DNA of 64,000 nucleotides. Origin: Octopus sinensis (taxonomy: Eukaryota). Every line of letters begins with the position of its first letter. Positions within the stretch are counted from its first letter, which is position 1. The notes beneath the pieces were generated by a model that saw only the letters and a list, made by a program, of their open reading frames with translations, was not told where the DNA came from and searched no databases. A program made the position numbers and the translations under genes. The DNA is taken from contig NC_043012.1 in assembly GCF_006345805.1 (NCBI RefSeq), forward strand, positions 27,590,001-27,654,000, read 5' to 3'. Shown here piece after piece: positions 61,842 through 64,000 of the stretch.

Positions 61842-62184
61842 GTAATGGGCATTTCACATTGATATAACATATATGTTTTTTAGATGTCTCTGATTAATAA
61901 ACTAATACTTGGAATATATGTGTGGGTGTGTGTGAGCATGCACAAGTGCATTCATTGATCTTTTCGCATTTTTTTTTCTTAAAATTTCTGTTAGAAAGAA
62001 TAACCTTCCAATGAAGAAATAAGTTTGTTGTTTTTTAATGTTTGGTTTTCCATGTTAACATAGGCTGAACTTGTGTCCAAATATGGCATACCACCAAGTT
62101 ACTTGATCTTGTCGTTTTTGTATGTGAGAAACTAATCCCCCGGCAGAAGAATATCCTTTGCTATTTGCGAGTGTTTATCTTTTA

Positions 62185-62540
62185 TCTTTTACTTGTTTCA
62201 GTCATAGGACTGCTGCCTTGCTGAAACACCACCTTCAAGGGTTTCGTTGAACAAGCCGAGCCTGAATAGTGTTTCTCCAAGTCAGGTACTTATTCTCTTG
62301 GTCCATAACTGCTAAGTTATGGGGATTTAAACAGACCAACACGGGTTGTCTAGGTGGGGGGCAAACACACACACACACACACACACAATCACAGCACAAC
62401 AACTGGCTTTTACAGTTTCCACCTACGAAATTCACTCACAGGGCATGGGTCAGCCTAGGGCTATAATTGAGTATGGTTACCTAGGTTGCCATGCAGTGGC
62501 ACTGAACCTGAGACCATGCAAAGCAAGCTTCTTAACCATA
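62185..62540 (-). mobile_element. Diverged SINE
   Basis: Head, (TG)n and tail remnants on the minus strand. Confidence 0.75.
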
Positions 62541-62559
62541 TAACCATGCCTCTCTCTCT

Positions 62560-63170
62560 CTCTTGACAGCATTCACCCGGGGTGGGTTGAGCTGGCTTCT
62601 TTAATCCTCAATGCTACATCTCTCACAAACGCCGACCAGGCCCGCGTGATCTCCAACCACCCCGTATTCCAGCAGTTAATGCCATAGACATGGGGGCCTA
62701 GGTTGGGTTCCAGATCAGCCTTGACTGTCATCAGCCAGGTTTTTCGTTGTCCACCACATCACTTTCACTAACCCTGAAGGGGAGCTGGGGCAATTACTTC
62801 GTAGATGAATTCTCCTAGTTGACGACGGAGGGCATGACCCAGCCAATGCAGACGTCTCATGTGGATGACTTGTCGGAGGGAGGTGATTCTGCACTGGTGT
62901 TGCACCGAATTGTTGGAGACAAAGCGATGCCATCGGACATGAAGGATGCGGCGTAGACAGAGGTGATCGAAGGATTCTAGTCGCTTAATATCTTCCACCC
63001 TCATTGGCCATGACTCGCTGCTGTAAAGGAGAATCGTTCGCACTAGTGCTTGGTAGGTCCGTACTTTGGTGGTGCGTCGGATCTCAGATCTTGACCAGAG
63101 TCTTGCACTGAGTCGGTTGAAGGCTTGGCGAGCGAGGTTGATTTGTGTTTTAATGTCTGCCTCACCTTGA
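62560..63170 (-). mobile_element. RTE-clade LINE 3' fragment
   Basis: RTILLYSSESWPMRVEDIKRLESFDHLCLRRIL..RRLHWLGHALR, with a GA tail. Confidence 0.8.
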
Positions 63171-63372
63171 CATTAAAAATATATAACCATACCTGCACCT
63201 ATATGACTACTTGTGTCTATGTGAGATTATTGTAAATATTTTTTGTAATTTACTCTAATGCTGTAATAGTTTATAATCTGTACTGACCTGACATGTAGAG
63301 TTGTGATTAAATTTCATCCCAGTTTTTTTTTTGGAAGGTTAAAAGCTTTTTCATTTTTTCTGTTATTCTTAA

Positions 63373-63770
63373 TCCTTTTTTTACTATATCTCTAACTAAA
63401 ATGCACCCCTTTTAAGTTTCAATTATATTCTAAAATAATCATGAATTTAAACTGGTTTCATAGACATATTAATGCAATTTTTGGAACATAATTGAAGAAA
63501 AGCTTCTTAATCAATTCTGTTGCATAACTGAAAGTGATTCTAATTACAGGTAAATACAGGTAAATTCAACAAAATATAAACATATTTAAATTTTGTTTAA
63601 ACATCACCATAGAAAATGAGTCATCAGTTAATATTCAGTTGGGTATGCAACAAAATTTTAATATAGAAGAATTGTGCACATCACAGTTGAATTTAATGCA
63701 CATAAGAACACGAGTACCATAAAGGTAAAATAAAATGAAATACTGGAATTTGTTTTTGAAGAAAACTAGA
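63373..63770 (-). mobile_element. Older copy of the right end of the 1742-3189 piggyBac family
   Basis: TTAA-TCCTTTTTTTACTATATCTCTAACTAAAATGCACCCC is a decayed TIR end; 63570-63760 matches the reverse complement of 2760-2940. Confidence 0.8.
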
Positions 63771-64000
63771 AAATGAAATACTGTAAAAACCCATCTAATT
63801 TACGCACTTTTTTTGCACAAAAATAAAGGATTCATTGATACTAATGTATATTTCTGTTTTTTGCTATGGCAAATTTAATTTTTCTATATTCCCCCGTACA
63901 TATTTGCCTTGTTTGTTAGTTCTTCATGTAGATACAATTACCATTTTCTTTACAAACTACATACAAGCCCATTTTTTGCTCTTCTTGGGTGCAAATGTTA

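Noticed and set aside
62151-62160. Perfect U12-type (AT-AC) donor ATATCCTTTG in NUP205 intron 3
   Set aside because: About one such 9-mer is expected by chance in 64 kb of this composition. The upstream pseudo-exon (from 62064) gives an immediate TGA in the required phase and no NUP205 similarity.
61842-64000. NUP205 exon 4
   Set aside because: No segment translating to anything like EHQQPHFPGLTRGLVAVLLY was found; it presumably lies beyond the window.

Overview
AT-rich, repeat-dominated animal genomic DNA, most likely octopus (inferred from the SINE/RTE/CR1 repeat families and the microsatellite load). Two host genes lie on the + strand. RPL32 has its complete 133-aa CDS in three exons (6066-6155, 6243-6395, 9685-9843). 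The 5' part of NUP205 is present as coding exons 1-3 (40240-40270, 50265-50407, 61670-61841) and continues beyond the window. Nearly everything else is nested transposon debris: two CR1-type LINEs (one near full length), many RTE LINE copies, three Penelope-like elements with hammerhead motifs, Gypsy fragments plus a solo LTR, piggyBac and hAT derivatives, a Helitron with both termini, and a tRNA-type SINE family. There is a 100-N gap at 48038-48137. No rRNA, tRNA gene or CRISPR array is supported. The most interesting signals are: a 3' stem-loop shared between the SINE and the CR1 LINE with a compensatory base-pair change; a PHD finger embedded inside the RTE reverse transcriptase; a canonical minimal hammerhead ribozyme; and inverted RTE copies bracketing NUP205 exon 2. 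All family assignments come from motif recognition by eye; no database search was run. Most TE boundaries are approximate unless a TSD or TIR is quoted.
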